Source: Trueperaceae bacterium (GTDB lineage: Bacteria > Deinococcota > Deinococci > Deinococcales > Trueperaceae). Taken from it: a DNA stretch of 64,000 nt. Within the stretch, counting starts at the first letter, position 1. Every line of letters begins with the position of its first letter. The DNA lies in contig JAXHNB010000005.1 in NCBI GenBank assembly GCA_034520945.1, positions 448,001 through 512,000 of the forward strand. Direction: 5' to 3'. The translations under genes and the position numbers were made by a program. This document shows positions 42,807 to 53,791 of this stretch, one piece after another. The notes under the pieces are model-generated. The model worked only from the letters and a program-made list of their open reading frames with translations, was not told where the DNA came from and did no database searches.

Positions 42807-43175
42807 GTGATTCAACAGGAGAGTTATCTCGACGTCGCCGACAACTCCGGCGCAAGGCGGATCCAGTGCATCCGCGTGCTGGGGACGGGACGTCAGTTCG
42901 TGGGCGGGGTGGGCGACATCATCGTCGCCTCGGTCAAGGACGCGATCCCGAAGGGCCAGGTCAAGAAGGGCGAAGTGGTCCGCGCGGTGATCGTCCGTAC
43001 CGCCAAGGAGATCAACCGCAAGGACGGGTCGTCGATCCGTTTCGACGGCAACGCCGCCGTGCTCGTGACGCCCGAGAACGAACCGCGCGGCACGCGCGTG
43101 TTCGGCCCGGTCGCGCGCGAGCTGCGCGAGAAGCGCTTCATGCGCATCGTTTCGCTCGCCCCGGAGGTGCTGTGA
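42807..43175 (+). CDS. rplN: 50S ribosomal protein L14
   Basis: [26 protein letters not shown]. Confidence 0.98.
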   Translation: MIQQESYLDVADNSGARRIQCIRVLGTGRQFVGGVGDIIVASVKDAIPKGQVKKGEVVRAVIVRTAKEINRKDGSSIRFDGNAAVLVTPENEPRGTRVFGPVARELREKRFMRIVSLAPEVL

Positions 43176-43501
43176 TGCCCAGGCGACTCAGGCTCAAGAA
43201 GGGCGATCAGGTCCGCGTCATCGCCGGCAAGAACAAGGGCCTCGAGGGCGAGATCATCGACGTCCAACACCACACCAGTCGCGTGGTGGTCGAGAACGTG
43301 AACATCGTCAAGCGCGCCCAACGCCCCACCCAGGAGAACCCCCGGGGCGGCTTCGACGAGCGGGAGGCCGCGATCCACGCCAGCAACGTGCAGGTGCTCG
43401 ACCCGAACACCAGCGAGCCGACCCGTGTCGGCAGCAAGATCGACGAGAACGGCCGCAAGGTGCGCGTCGCCGTGAAGAGCGGAGTGACCCTCGATGAGTG
43501 A
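43175..43501 (+). CDS. rplX: 50S ribosomal protein L24
   Basis: [24 protein letters not shown]. Confidence 0.97.
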   Translation: MPRRLRLKKGDQVRVIAGKNKGLEGEIIDVQHHTSRVVVENVNIVKRAQRPTQENPRGGFDEREAAIHASNVQVLDPNTSEPTRVGSKIDENGRKVRVAVKSGVTLDE

Positions 43502-44063
43502 GGAGCGGACAGTGCAAGCCAAGGTCGAGATCCCCCTGCGGCGCCGCTACGCCGAGATCCGCGACACGCTGCGCGAGCGTCACGGCTACCAGAACCCCAT
43601 GGCCATCCCCACCGTGAGCAAGGTGGTGCTGAACATGGGCATCGGGGACGCCCGGGACGACCGCAAGGCCTTGGAGAAGGCGCAGAACGAGTTGGCGCAG
43701 GTCGCGCTGCAGCGGCCCGTCGTCACCAAGGCGAAGAAGTCGGTGTCCAACTTCAAGATCCGCGCCGGCATGCCGGTGGGGTTGAAGGTCACGCTGCGCG
43801 GTGAGCGCATGTGGGCCTTCCTGGACAAGATGATCAACGTGGCGCTCCCGCGCGTGCGCGACTTCCGCGGCATCAGCGCCAACGCGTTCGACGGGCGCGG
43901 CAACTACAGCATGGGCGTCCGCGAACAGCTGGTGTTCCCCGAGCTGGACTACGACTCCGTCGGTGCCGTGCGCGGCATGGACGTGACCATCACCACCACC
44001 GCCGAGACCGACGAGGAGGCGCGCACCCTGCTCGAGCTCCTCGGCATGCCGTTCAGGAAGTAA
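43494..44063 (+). CDS. rplE: 50S ribosomal protein L5 (start may be GTG 43512)
   Basis: [32 protein letters not shown]. Confidence 0.97.
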   Translation: MSEERTVQAKVEIPLRRRYAEIRDTLRERHGYQNPMAIPTVSKVVLNMGIGDARDDRKALEKAQNELAQVALQRPVVTKAKKSVSNFKIRAGMPVGLKVTLRGERMWAFLDKMINVALPRVRDFRGISANAFDGRGNYSMGVREQLVFPELDYDSVGAVRGMDVTITTTAETDEEARTLLELLGMPFRK

Positions 44064-44073
44064 GGAGACACGC

Positions 44074-44259
44074 GTGGCAACCAAAGCGAAGATCGCCTCC
44101 GCCAAGCGCACGCCCAAGTTCTCCGTCCGGGCCGTGAACCGGTGCAATCGGTGCGGACGCTCGCGCGGCTACCTGCGGGACTTCGGTCTGTGCCGGATCT
44201 GCATGCGGGAGATGGCCCACAAGGGGTACCTGCCGGGCGTCACCAAAGCGAGTTGGTAA
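44074..44259 (+). CDS. rpsN: 30S ribosomal protein S14, short Zn-binding type
   Basis: 61 aa; CNRC...[12 protein letters not shown]. Confidence 0.97.
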   Translation: MATKAKIASAKRTPKFSVRAVNRCNRCGRSRGYLRDFGLCRICMREMAHKGYLPGVTKASW

Positions 44260-44335
44260 CGACAACACAGACATCGTGTTTCAGGGGCGCAGGCCGGCGG
44301 AATGGCCGCCGGAACCACCCCCACGGAGGTACAAG

Positions 44336-44731
44336 GTGCACTCTGATCCCATTGCCGACATGCTGAACCGGATCCGCAACGCCGTGGCCGTCGGCCACGC
44401 GCACGTGGACGTCCCCGCCAGCAAGTTCAAGCGCGCCCTCGCCGAGCTGCTGGTCCGCGAGGGCTACCTGAAGGACGCCCGGACCGTCGAGGTCGGCGGG
44501 CACCCCGTGCTCCGCATCGGCCTCAAGTACGGTCCGCGCCGCAAGCCCATCATTCACCAGTTGAGCCGGTTGTCGACGCCCGGCCGCCGCGCGTACACCA
44601 AGTCCAAGCACGTCCCCACGGTGCGGGGCGGCCTCGGGGTCGCCATCGTGTCGACCTCGCAGGGGTTGATGCCCGACCGCGAGGCGCGCCGCGCCGGCAT
44701 GGGCGGCGAACTCGTCTGCGAGGTGTGGTGA
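44336..44731 (+). CDS. rpsH: 30S ribosomal protein S8
   Basis: DPIADMLNRIRNA, STPGRRAY, STSQG, GGELVCEVW; SD GGAGGT. Confidence 0.97.
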   Translation: MHSDPIADMLNRIRNAVAVGHAHVDVPASKFKRALAELLVREGYLKDARTVEVGGHPVLRIGLKYGPRRKPIIHQLSRLSTPGRRAYTKSKHVPTVRGGLGVAIVSTSQGLMPDREARRAGMGGELVCEVW

Positions 44732-45273
44732 TGTCTCGGATCGGGCGTTGGCCGATTCCGGTCCCCTCGGGGGTCCAGGTGTCCGTGAAGGGCACCAATG
44801 TGCACGTCGAGGGCCCCAAGGGCCAACTCGACGTCGACATCAGTCCCCGCATCCGCGTCGAAGCGGACGAGGACGGCACGCTGACCTTCCACCGTCCCAG
44901 CGACCACCGCGACGACCGTGCGCAGCACGGCCTGGCGCGGAGCCTGGTCGCCAACGCCATCAAAGGCGTGAACGAAGGGTTCGTGAAGCGCCTGGAGATC
45001 CAGGGGGTCGGCTACCGCTGCCAGATGAAGGGCGCGGCCCTGGAACTGGCCGTCGGGTACTCGCACCCCGCCCGCATCGAACCGCCCGAGGGCGTCAGCA
45101 TCGACGCGCCACAACCGACGCGGATCGAGATCCGCGGCATCGACAAGCAGGCCGTCGGTCAGGTCGCCGCCGACATCCGCGCCGTCCGTCCGCCCGACGC
45201 CTATCACGGCAAGGGCGTGCGCTACGAGGGCGAACGCGTGCGACTCAAGGCCGGCAAGGCCGCGTCCCGTTGA
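44731..45273 (+). CDS. rplF: 50S ribosomal protein L6
   Basis: [23 protein letters not shown]. Confidence 0.97.
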   Translation: MSRIGRWPIPVPSGVQVSVKGTNVHVEGPKGQLDVDISPRIRVEADEDGTLTFHRPSDHRDDRAQHGLARSLVANAIKGVNEGFVKRLEIQGVGYRCQMKGAALELAVGYSHPARIEPPEGVSIDAPQPTRIEIRGIDKQAVGQVAADIRAVRPPDAYHGKGVRYEGERVRLKAGKAASR

Positions 45274-45293
45274 GCCGGAAGGGGTAGGCAGAG

Positions 45294-45641
45294 ATGAACG
45301 AACGTACCGCCAGACAGCGTCGCACCCTCCGGACCCGGCGCAGGATCCGCCGCCCGGTCGAGACCGGCCGGCTGCGGTTGTCGGTGTTCCGGAGCGCGCG
45401 CTACATCTACGCCCAGGTCATCGACGACCGCACGGGCACCACGGTCGCCCAGGCCAACAGCAAGGGCCTGGACGTGGAAGGCGACAAGACGACCCAAGCG
45501 AGCGCGGTCGGCAAAACGTTGGCCGAGCGCGCCCAGGAGGCCGGCGTACGCCGCGTCGTGTTCGATCGCGGTCCGTACCGGTTCCATGGCCGCGTCAAGG
45601 CGCTGGCCGACGGCGCCCGCGAGGGAGGACTCGAGTTCTGA
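45294..45641 (+). CDS. rplR: 50S ribosomal protein L18
   Basis: [31 protein letters not shown]. Confidence 0.97.
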   Translation: MNERTARQRRTLRTRRRIRRPVETGRLRLSVFRSARYIYAQVIDDRTGTTVAQANSKGLDVEGDKTTQASAVGKTLAERAQEAGVRRVVFDRGPYRFHGRVKALADGAREGGLEF

Positions 45642-46114
45642 TGGCTGAACAAGACTTCGAAGACAAGGTCATTTTCATCCGCCGCACCGCCAAGACCTAC
45701 AAGGGCGGCAGGCGGTTCCGCTTCGGCGCCATGGTGGTGATCGGGGACCGGCAGGGACGCGTCGGCGTCGGCCTGGGCAAAGCCAAGGAGGTTCCGATCG
45801 CGGTCCAGAAGGGCCAGTACTTCGCGCGCCGCAACCTGATCGAAGTGCCGATCGAGGAGCCCGGCACCATCCCGCACGAGGTGCTCGGCGCGCACGGCAC
45901 CAGCCGCGTGATGCTGAAGCCCGCGGGCGCCGGCACCGGCGTGATCGCCGGCAGCGTGCCGCGCGCGATCGTGGAGCTGGCCGGCTACAGCAATCTGCTG
46001 ACCAAGGAGTTGGGCTCCCGCAACCAGACCAACGTCGCCTACGCCGTGGTGGACGGGCTGAAGCAGCTGACCACCTACGCCGAGTTGAAGGCCGAGCGAG
46101 AGCGGGCGGAGTGA
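45641..46114 (+). CDS. rpsE: 30S ribosomal protein S5
   Basis: [22 protein letters not shown]. Confidence 0.98.
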   Translation: MAEQDFEDKVIFIRRTAKTYKGGRRFRFGAMVVIGDRQGRVGVGLGKAKEVPIAVQKGQYFARRNLIEVPIEEPGTIPHEVLGAHGTSRVMLKPAGAGTGVIAGSVPRAIVELAGYSNLLTKELGSRNQTNVAYAVVDGLKQLTTYAELKAERERAE

Positions 46115-46290
46115 TGCGCCTCACCCTCACGCGCAGCCTGATCGGGGTGCCCCGCGACCAACGCGCCACCGTGCGCGCGCTCGGGCTCCGCAAGACCGGC
46201 GACAGCCGCGAGGTGACCGACACGCCTGACGTCCAGGGGATGGTGCGCAAGGTCGCCTACCTGCTGGAGATCGAGGAGGACGTGAAGTGA
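46114..46290 (+). CDS. rpmD: 50S ribosomal protein L30 (not in the ORF track)
   Basis: Manual translation [58 protein letters not shown]. Confidence 0.95.
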   Translation: MRLTLTRSLIGVPRDQRATVRALGLRKTGDSREVTDTPDVQGMVRKVAYLLEIEEDVK

Positions 46291-46748
46291 AGCTGAACGA
46301 ACTCGGACCCCCCCGCGGCAGCAAGCCGCGCCGCAGGCGGGTGGGACGTGGCATCGGAAGCGGGCACGGCAAGACGGCCGGCCGCGGCCACAACGGCCAG
46401 AAGTCGCGCAGCGGCTTCAGCCAGAGCGGCGGTTGGGAAGGTGGCCGCTCCACCCTGATCATGCGCCTGCCCAAGCGTGGCTTCAACCGCGTGAAGGAGC
46501 CCGTGCAGATCGTGAACGTGGAGGACCTGAACCGCTTCGACGACGGCGCCACCGTCGATGCCGCCCTGCTGGCCCAAAGCGGCCTGGTGCGCCACGCGGA
46601 GCGGCCCATCAAGCTGCTCGGCGACGGCACGCTGGAGCGGCGCCTCACCGTCTCGCTGGACGCGGTCAGCCGTAGCGCGGCCGCCGCGGTGAGCGATGCG
46701 GGCGGGACGGTCCGCGGCGGCGCGGGCGAAGAAGAGGCGTTGGGCTGA
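46287..46748 (+). CDS. rplO: 50S ribosomal protein L15
   Basis: RVGRGIGSGHGKTAGRGHNGQKSRSG, RLPKRGF. Confidence 0.98.
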   Translation: MKLNELGPPRGSKPRRRRVGRGIGSGHGKTAGRGHNGQKSRSGFSQSGGWEGGRSTLIMRLPKRGFNRVKEPVQIVNVEDLNRFDDGATVDAALLAQSGLVRHAERPIKLLGDGTLERRLTVSLDAVSRSAAAAVSDAGGTVRGGAGEEEALG

Positions 46749-48067
46749 TGCTGGCAGCCTTCCGCAACGCCGCGGCCATTCCGGCCCTGCGCGCCAAGCT
46801 GCTGGTCGTCATCGGCCTTCTGGCCGTGTACCGGTTGCTGGTGTTCATCCCCACGCCGGGGATCGACATCGACCGGCTGCGGGAGGGGAACTTCGGTCAG
46901 GGGGACATCTTCACCCTGCTCAACTTCATTTCGGGCGGCAACTTCGAGGTGTTCTCGATCGCGGCGCTCGGCGTCATCCCCTACATCACCGCCAGCATCA
47001 TCGTGCAGCTGCTCCAATCCACCTGGCCCCCGCTCGAGAAGCTGGCCAAGGAGGGCGAAGAGGGCCGCCGCAAGATCACCCAGTACACCCGCTACGGCGC
47101 GATCGGCCTCGGCGCCATCCAGGCCGTGTTCCTCGCCATCGCCCTGCTCGGGCCGTCCGGCGCCCTCAAGGTCGGCTGGAGCAACGGCCCGTTCTTCTGG
47201 TTCATCGTGCTGGTCACGCAGGTCGCCGGCATCTCGCTGGTGATGTGGCTGGGCGAGAAGATCAGCGAGCACGGGATCGGGAACGGCATCTCGCTGATCA
47301 TCTACGCCGGCATCGTCGCGGCCTTCCCCAGCGCCATCGCGCAGCAGTTCGCGCTGATCGGACGAGGGGAGGGCAACCTGTTCGGGTTGCTGTTCTTCTT
47401 CGCCTTCCTGATCATCGCCCTGGCGGGGATGGTGCTGGTGCAACAGGCCGAGAGGCGCATCCCGGTGCAGTACGCCCGCAAGGTCGTGGGGCGCCGCGTG
47501 ATGGGCGGGCAGTCGACCTACATCCCGTTGCGGATGAACGCGGCCGGCGTGATTCCGATCATCTTCGCCGTGTCGATCATCATCCTGCCGCAGACGATCA
47601 TCGGCGCCTTTCCCGACCTCGGCTGGCTGCAGGCGATCGGCGCGTGGTTCAACCCCGCCCAGTGGCAGGGGTTGATCACCTCGACCGTGATGATCGTGGC
47701 GTTCACCTACTTCTACACCCAGATCAGCTTCGATCCCCGCCGCATCAGCGAGAACCTGCGCGAGTACGGCGGCTTCGTGCCGGGCGTCCGGCCCGGCCAA
47801 CCGACCACGGAGCACCTCACCCGCATCACCAGCCGCATCACGCTGTGGGGGGCGCTGTTCCTCGGCGCCGTCAACGCGTTGCCGCAGACGTTGGCGTGGC
47901 TGACCGGCACCGGGCAGTTGTCGTTCGTGTTCAGCGGCATCGGCCTGCTGATCATGGTCAGCGTGGCGCTCGACACGCTCCGGCAGCTCGAGTCGCAGCT
48001 GATGATGCGTCACTACGAAGGGTTCGTCTCCAAGGGTCGAATCCGCGGTCGCGGGCGGCGCTTCTGA
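46748..48067 (+). CDS. secY: Preprotein translocase subunit SecY
   Basis: ALGVIPYITASII, GIGNGISLII, AGVIPIIFA, PGVRPG. Confidence 0.99.
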   Translation: MLAAFRNAAAIPALRAKLLVVIGLLAVYRLLVFIPTPGIDIDRLREGNFGQGDIFTLLNFISGGNFEVFSIAALGVIPYITASIIVQLLQSTWPPLEKLAKEGEEGRRKITQYTRYGAIGLGAIQAVFLAIALLGPSGALKVGWSNGPFFWFIVLVTQVAGISLVMWLGEKISEHGIGNGISLIIYAGIVAAFPSAIAQQFALIGRGEGNLFGLLFFFAFLIIALAGMVLVQQAERRIPVQYARKVVGRRVMGGQSTYIPLRMNAAGVIPIIFAVSIIILPQTIIGAFPDLGWLQAIGAWFNPAQWQGLITSTVMIVAFTYFYTQISFDPRRISENLREYGGFVPGVRPGQPTTEHLTRITSRITLWGALFLGAVNALPQTLAWLTGTGQLSFVFSGIGLLIMVSVALDTLRQLESQLMMRHYEGFVSKGRIRGRGRRF

Positions 48068-48633
48068 TGGCGTCCCAGGTCGTGCTGCTGATGGGGCCCC
48101 CCGGCGCGGGCAAGGGGACGCAGGCCAGCGCCCTGGCCGAGGTCGAGGGTTTGCGCAAGCTGTCCACCGGCGACATGTTGCGCGATCACGTCTCCCGCGG
48201 GACCGAGCTGGGGGCAAAGGCCAAGGCGATCATGGAGGCCGGCGAGCTGGTGCCGGACGACCTGATCACCGCGATGGTCCGGGACGAGCTCGCGGGAATG
48301 GACGAGGTCCGCGTGCTGTTCGACGGCTTTCCCCGCACGCCGGGCCAGGCCGAGGCGCTGGACGAACTGCTGGGGAAGGCCGGCGCGTCGCTCGACGCCG
48401 CCGTATTGCTGGAGGTGTCGGACGAGGAGCTGGTGCGACGGCTCACGCTCCGCGGCGAGCAGGAAGGCCGGAGCGACGACGACGAGGCCACCGTCCGCAG
48501 GCGGATGAAGGTGTATCGCGACACCACCGCGCCGCTGCTGGCGTTCTACGAGGCGCGCGGCACGCTGCACCGCGTGGACGGGACCGGCTCGGTCAGTGAG
48601 GTCACCGAACGGATCCGCGGGGTGCTGGCTTGA
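48067..48633 (+). CDS. adk: Adenylate kinase (short-LID type)
   Basis: GPPGAGKGTQA, STGDMLR, DGFPRT, GRSDD. Confidence 0.97.
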   Translation: MASQVVLLMGPPGAGKGTQASALAEVEGLRKLSTGDMLRDHVSRGTELGAKAKAIMEAGELVPDDLITAMVRDELAGMDEVRVLFDGFPRTPGQAEALDELLGKAGASLDAAVLLEVSDEELVRRLTLRGEQEGRSDDDEATVRRRMKVYRDTTAPLLAFYEARGTLHRVDGTGSVSEVTERIRGVLA

Positions 48634-49415
48634 ACCTCAAACGCCCAAGCGAAATCGACGCCATGCGCGCTGCCGCCAAGATCAACCGGGCGGCCCTCGA
48701 GGCCGTCGAGACGCGGATCGCCCCCGGCGTGTCCACGATGGAGTTGAACGACGTGGCCGAAGCGGCTATTCTAGAGGGCGGCGGTACGCCTGCCTTCAAG
48801 GGGTACCGCGGCTTCCCCGCGACGCTGTGCACCTCGGTGGGGGAGGTCGTCGTCCACGGCATTCCGGACGATCGACCGCTCCAGGAGGGGGACATCGTGT
48901 CGGTCGACGTGGGGACGTTCTACCGGGGCTACGCCGCCGACATGGCGCGCACGTACGCGATCGGCACGGTCTCGGACGAGGTCCAGCAGTTGCTGGACGT
49001 GACGGAGCGGTCCCTCTACGCCGGCATCGCGCGCGCCCGCCCCGGGGAGCGCCTCGGCGACGTCTCCGCGGCCATTCAGGACGTCGTCGAGTCGGCGGGG
49101 ATGTGGGTCATCCGCGAGTTCGTGGGACACGGAATCGGCCGTGAATTCCACGAACAACCGGACGTCCCCAACTTCGGGCGAGCCGGTACCGGGCCGGTGA
49201 TGCGCCCTGGGCTGGTCCTGGCGATCGAGCCGATGGTGTCGCTTTCGCGGGCCGCGGTGGTGGTCGCGGACGACGGCTGGACCGCGTCGACCGAGACGGG
49301 CGTGCCAGCCGCACACTTCGAGCACACCGTGGCCGTCACCGACGACGGGCCACGCATCTTGACCCAGGCCGATTCGCGCTCAGGGGTCGCGCAGGGAGGA
49401 ACGCATGGCGCGTAG
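48630..49415 (+). CDS. map: Methionine aminopeptidase type I
   Basis: VVHGIP, DVG...ADMART, GHGIG, AIEPM, AHFEHTV. Confidence 0.97.
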   Translation: MNLKRPSEIDAMRAAAKINRAALEAVETRIAPGVSTMELNDVAEAAILEGGGTPAFKGYRGFPATLCTSVGEVVVHGIPDDRPLQEGDIVSVDVGTFYRGYAADMARTYAIGTVSDEVQQLLDVTERSLYAGIARARPGERLGDVSAAIQDVVESAGMWVIREFVGHGIGREFHEQPDVPNFGRAGTGPVMRPGLVLAIEPMVSLSRAAVVVADDGWTASTETGVPAAHFEHTVAVTDDGPRILTQADSRSGVAQGGTHGA

Positions 49416-49701
49416 ACGAGGAGGCGGACGGGGGCGTCGCAAGAGCGGCGGCCGCGGCCGAGCCGAGAACCGCCAGAAAGGGAACGAGACCACCCAGGAC
49501 TCGATCCGGACCGAAGGCGTCGTCCTCGAGGCGCGTCCCAACACGACCTTCCTGGTGCAGCTCGACGCGGGCCCCGACATCCTCGCTCACGTCGGCGGCA
49601 AGATGCGCCGCCACTACATCCGTATTCTCCCCGGTGACCGTGTCGTGGTCGAAATCAGCACCTACGATCCGGAAAAGGGCCGGATCGTGTACAGAAAGTA
49701 G
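49405..49701 (+). CDS. infA: Translation initiation factor IF-1 with N-terminal Arg/Gly-rich extension
   Basis: [41 protein letters not shown] before ATG 49405. Confidence 0.95.
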   Translation: MARRRGGGRGRRKSGGRGRAENRQKGNETTQDSIRTEGVVLEARPNTTFLVQLDAGPDILAHVGGKMRRHYIRILPGDRVVVEISTYDPEKGRIVYRK

Positions 49702-49709
49702 GAGCCGCC

Positions 49710-49826
49710 ATGAAAGTACGCGCCAGCGTGAAACCAATGTGTGCGAGCTGCAAAGTGATCCGGCGGGCCGGGCGGGTCTACGTGATCTGCTCCTCGAACC
49801 CGAAGCACAAGCAGAGGCAGGGGTAG
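49710..49826 (+). CDS. rpmJ: 50S ribosomal protein L36 (not in the ORF track)
   Basis: Manual translation [38 protein letters not shown]. Confidence 0.97.
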   Translation: MKVRASVKPMCASCKVIRRAGRVYVICSSNPKHKQRQG

Positions 49827-49829
49827 CGA

Positions 49830-50210
49830 ATGGCACGAATCGCAGGCATCGATCTTCCGCGGGAGAAGCGCGTCGAGTTCGCGCTCCCCTACATCTACGG
49901 CATCGGCGTGTCGCGTGCGCGTGCCATCCTCGACAGCGCGGAGGTCGATCCCGACACGCGCGTCAAGGACCTCGCCGAATCCGAAGTCGCCCGCTTGCGC
50001 GAGGTCGTCGACGCCCAGTACAAGGTCGAGGGCGATCTGCGTCGCGAGGTGCAGCTCAACATCAAGCGGCTGATGGACATCGGCAGCTACCGCGGGCTTC
50101 GTCACCGCCGGGGGCTCCCCGTCCGTGGCCAGTCCACCAAGACCAACGCGCGCACCCGGAAGGGGCCGCGCCGCACCGTCGCCGGCAAGAAGAAGGCGCC
50201 GAGGAAGTAG
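49830..50210 (+). CDS. rpsM: 30S ribosomal protein S13
   Basis: [21 protein letters not shown]. Confidence 0.98.
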   Translation: MARIAGIDLPREKRVEFALPYIYGIGVSRARAILDSAEVDPDTRVKDLAESEVARLREVVDAQYKVEGDLRREVQLNIKRLMDIGSYRGLRHRRGLPVRGQSTKTNARTRKGPRRTVAGKKKAPRK

Positions 50211-50223
50211 GGGAGGCCGACTC

Positions 50224-50622
50224 GTGGCGAAGCAACAGACCAAGAGCGCGAAGCCGCGCCGGCGCACCAGGCGTACGCTGGCGGAGGGCAAGGCGTTCAT
50301 TCACGCCAGCTACAACAACACCATCATCACCATCACCGATCCCGAAGGGAACACGGTCGCATGGTCGTCGTCGGGGTCGATCGGGTACAAGGGGTCGAAG
50401 AAGGGCACGCCGTACGCGGCCCAGTTGGCCGCGGCGGACGCCACCCGCAAGGCGCAGAACATGGGCCTGGCGACCCTGGACATCGTGATCCGCGGCACCG
50501 GCTCGGGTCGCGAGCAGGCGATCCGCTCGATCCAGGCGACCGGCGTCACCGTCCGCACGATCATCGACGACACCCCCACGCCGCACAACGGCTGCCGACT
50601 TCGCAAGCGGCGCCGGCAGTAG
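50224..50622 (+). CDS. rpsK: 30S ribosomal protein S11
   Basis: HASYNNT, KGTPYAAQ, TPTPHNGC. Confidence 0.98.
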   Translation: MAKQQTKSAKPRRRTRRTLAEGKAFIHASYNNTIITITDPEGNTVAWSSSGSIGYKGSKKGTPYAAQLAAADATRKAQNMGLATLDIVIRGTGSGREQAIRSIQATGVTVRTIIDDTPTPHNGCRLRKRRRQ

Positions 50623-50634
50623 GGCAGGAGGATC

Positions 50635-51252
50635 ATGGGCCGATACACAGGACCGATCGTCAAGATCTGCCGCCGCGAAGGGGTGAACCTCGTCGAGACC
50701 CCCAAGGCGCAGAAGTACATGGAACGCCGGCCGTACCCCCCCGGCGAGCACGGCCAGCGCCGTCGCCGCCGCATCAGCGACTACGGGGTGCGCCTGCGCG
50801 AGAAGCAGAAGCTTCGCTTCTTGTACAACCTCTCCGAGAAGCAGTTCGCCAACCTGTTCGTCGAGGCGTCGAAGAAGAAGGGCGCGACGGGAACCGTGTT
50901 CCTGCAACTCCTCGAACGACGGCTGGACAACGTGGTGTACCGGATGGGCATCGCGCACACCCGGCGGCAGGCACGCCAGTTCGTGGCGCACCGCCACATC
51001 GCCGTGAACGGCCGGCGCATCGACGTGCCGTCCTACCGCGTGCAGCCGGGCGACGAGATCGCCGTGGTGGAGCGCTCCAAGAAGAATCCGCACGTCAAAC
51101 AGAACGTCGAGGACCGCCAGCGCGGCAAGACCGTGCCGTGGTTGGACTTCGACCCGGAGAGCCTGAAGGGCGTGTTCCGGCACGTCCCCTCGCGCGAGGA
51201 CATCGTCGTCCCCGTCAACGAGCTGCAGGTCATCGAGTACTACTCGCGTTGA
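50635..51252 (+). CDS. rpsD: 30S ribosomal protein S4
   Basis: [23 protein letters not shown]. Confidence 0.98.
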   Translation: MGRYTGPIVKICRREGVNLVETPKAQKYMERRPYPPGEHGQRRRRRISDYGVRLREKQKLRFLYNLSEKQFANLFVEASKKKGATGTVFLQLLERRLDNVVYRMGIAHTRRQARQFVAHRHIAVNGRRIDVPSYRVQPGDEIAVVERSKKNPHVKQNVEDRQRGKTVPWLDFDPESLKGVFRHVPSREDIVVPVNELQVIEYYSR

Positions 51253-51269
51253 GCCGCTAGGAGACAAGC

Positions 51270-52208
51270 GTGCAGATCATCCCCGAATTCAAGGCCAAGG
51301 CCACGGAGTCGTACGGCGAGTTCGTGGTGGAGCCGTTGCAGCGCGGCTTCGGCGTCACCCTGGGGAACCCCCTACGGCGCATCCTCCTCTCCTCGATCCC
51401 CGGCACGGCGGTCACCAGCGTGTACATCGAGGACGTGCTCCACGAGTTCTCCACCATCGACGGCATCAAAGAGGACGTCATGCAGATCGTCCTCAACCTG
51501 AAACAACTCGTGGTCAAGCTGTTCGATGACGAGCCGGTCACCCTCACCCTCCGCAGCGAGGGGGCGGGCACCGTCACCGCCGGCGACCTGGACGTCCCCA
51601 TGGGCGCCGAGGTCGTCAATCCCGACCTGTACATCGCCACGCTGGGCGAGAAGGCCAAGCTGGTGATGGAGGTCCGCGTCGATCCCGGCGTGGGCTACGT
51701 GCCCTCCGAGCTGCTGCACGGCCACAAGGACCGCATCAACTCGATCCCCGTCGACGCCGTGTTCACGCCCGTGCGCCGCGTCGCCTACCGCGTGGAGGAC
51801 ACGCGCGTGGGGCAGAAGACCGACCTCGACCGGTTGGTGATCCGGGTGTGGACCGACGGCAGCGTCGCGCCTCGCGACGCGTTGGACCAATCGGTCGAGA
51901 TCCTGCGCGGTCAGCTGAACGTGTTCGGGGGCGACGGCGTGCAGGTCGAAGAGGACGTGCCGGTCGTGACCATTCCCACCCCCGCCGGCGAGCCGGTCCC
52001 CGAGGACGAGCCGCCCCGGCTGAACCTCGAGAGCCTCGAGCTGTCCAATCGTGTGCTGCACTCGCTGCAGGAAGAGGGCATCGACTCCGTCAACGCCCTG
52101 ATGGCGCTGTCGGAACGCGACCTCAAACGCGTCAGCGGCATCGGCGAAAAGTCGCTCGAAGAGATCCGCGAACGGCTGTCCGCCCGCGGCATGAAACTGA
52201 AGGAGTGA
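51270..52208 (+). CDS. rpoA: RNA polymerase alpha subunit
   Basis: [36 protein letters not shown], alpha-[13 protein letters not shown]. Confidence 0.98.
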   Translation: MQIIPEFKAKATESYGEFVVEPLQRGFGVTLGNPLRRILLSSIPGTAVTSVYIEDVLHEFSTIDGIKEDVMQIVLNLKQLVVKLFDDEPVTLTLRSEGAGTVTAGDLDVPMGAEVVNPDLYIATLGEKAKLVMEVRVDPGVGYVPSELLHGHKDRINSIPVDAVFTPVRRVAYRVEDTRVGQKTDLDRLVIRVWTDGSVAPRDALDQSVEILRGQLNVFGGDGVQVEEDVPVVTIPTPAGEPVPEDEPPRLNLESLELSNRVLHSLQEEGIDSVNALMALSERDLKRVSGIGEKSLEEIRERLSARGMKLKE

Positions 52209-52212
52209 GATC

Positions 52213-52575
52213 GTGCGTCACCAGACCGCCGGACGGAAGCTGAACCGGACCAGCAGTCACCGCGTCGCCCTGGCCCGCAGCCAGGCGACCGCGCTGTTGC
52301 GCCACGGCCGCATCAAGACCACCTTGAGCAAGGCGAAGAACCTGGCGCCCTACGTCGAGAAGCTCATCACCACCGCCCGCGGCGGCGACCTGCACGCGCG
52401 GCGCCTGGTCGCGCGCGAAATCCACGACCGCGAGGTGCTGAGCAAGCTGATGAGCGAGATCGGCCCGCGCTACCAGGACCGCAAGGGCGGCTACACCCGC
52501 ATCTACCGCCTGCAGCCGCGCCGCGGCGACGCCGTGCAGGAGGCGCTGATCGAGCTGGTGAACGACGAGGCCTGA
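52213..52575 (+). CDS. rplQ: 50S ribosomal protein L17
   Basis: MRH...RKLNR, IKTT, GGYTRI, RRGDA. Confidence 0.98.
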   Translation: MRHQTAGRKLNRTSSHRVALARSQATALLRHGRIKTTLSKAKNLAPYVEKLITTARGGDLHARRLVAREIHDREVLSKLMSEIGPRYQDRKGGYTRIYRLQPRRGDAVQEALIELVNDEA

Positions 52576-52595
52576 GCGGGGTCGGTCCGCTCAGG
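52571..52595. terminator. Hairpin joining the convergent rplQ and deoB stop codons
   Basis: CCTGAGCGG (52571-52579) pairs with CCGCTCAGG (52587-52595); no U-tract. Confidence 0.4.
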
Positions 52596-53754
52596 CGTGG
52601 GCCCGCAGCGCGGCCGCGAAGCTGGCGCCCGGCCCGTCCCAGCGCACGGCGCACGCCTCGGCGATCGTCGCCCCCAGGTCGGCGAACGAAGCCCGCGTGC
52701 CCAGGTCGCGGCCGGCAGCGCCGTCCGCGTCCGCCAACAGCAGCCCGTACTCCCTCGTGTGGTCGGTGCCGGCCCAGGTGGGGTCGTTGCCGTGGTCGCT
52801 GGTGAGGATGAGCGCGTCGCCCGCCGCCCGCGCCGCCAGAAGCTCCGGCAGGCGCGCGTCGAAGGCGGCCAGCGCCGCCGCGTAGCCGTCCGGGTCCCGC
52901 CGGTGCCCGTAACGGGCGTCGAAATCCACCAGGTTCGTGAACACCAACCCGTCCGGTCGCGCCCGCATCGCCTCCAGCGTGGCGTCCACGCCGGCGTCGT
53001 TGTCGGGCGTGCTCACCGTGCGGGTGATCCCGGAGCCGGCGAAGATGTCGGCGATCTTGCCGATCGCCACCACCTCGCGCCCCGCGCCCGCCAGCGCGTT
53101 CAGCACCGTCCGCGGCGGCGTCAGCGAGTAGTCGTGCCGCGCGCCGTTCAGGCGCTCGTACGCGCCCGGCTCGCCCCGAAACGGCCGCGCGATCACCCGG
53201 GCGACCGCGTTCGGCCCGCGTAGCAGCTCGCGCGCCGCCTCGCACCAGGCGTACAGCGTGTCCAGCGGCACCACGTCCACGTGCGCCGCGACCTGGAACA
53301 CGCTGTCGGCGCTGGTGTACACGATCGGCGCGCCCGTGCGGGCGTGCTCCGGACCGAGCTCTTCGATGATCTCGGTGCCGCTGGCGGGCCGGTTCCCCAG
53401 GTGCGGCCGGCCGGTCGCGGCGTCGAACGCCTCCATGACGGCGTCCGGAAACCGCTGGAAGGTCCGGAACGGCTGGTCCAGCACCACCCCCATGAACTCC
53501 CAATGCCCCGTGGTGGTGTCCTTGCCGGGCGAGCGTTCCCGCATCCGCCCGTACGCCCCGCCGGGCCGCGCGACCGCGGGCACGCTGTGCACGCCCGGCA
53601 CGCACCCCAGGCCCAGGGCGGCCAGGTTCGGCAGCGTCACGCCGGTGCGCGCCAGCGTGTGGTCGAGGGTGTGGGCGCCGGCGTCATTGAACACGTCCGC
53701 GTCCGGTAACGCCCCCACCCCGACCGAATCGAGCACGATCACCGTCAACGTCAT
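52591..53754 (-). CDS. deoB: Phosphopentomutase
   Basis: [55 protein letters not shown]. Confidence 0.96.
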   Translation of the reverse strand: MTLTVIVLDSVGVGALPDADVFNDAGAHTLDHTLARTGVTLPNLAALGLGCVPGVHSVPAVARPGGAYGRMRERSPGKDTTTGHWEFMGVVLDQPFRTFQRFPDAVMEAFDAATGRPHLGNRPASGTEIIEELGPEHARTGAPIVYTSADSVFQVAAHVDVVPLDTLYAWCEAARELLRGPNAVARVIARPFRGEPGAYERLNGARHDYSLTPPRTVLNALAGAGREVVAIGKIADIFAGSGITRTVSTPDNDAGVDATLEAMRARPDGLVFTNLVDFDARYGHRRDPDGYAAALAAFDARLPELLAARAAGDALILTSDHGNDPTWAGTDHTREYGLLLADADGAAGRDLGTRASFADLGATIAEACAVRWDGPGASFAAALRAHA

Positions 53755-53791
53755 GGCGGCAGCATACCGGCGGAGTTGCGATACTGCCCAG

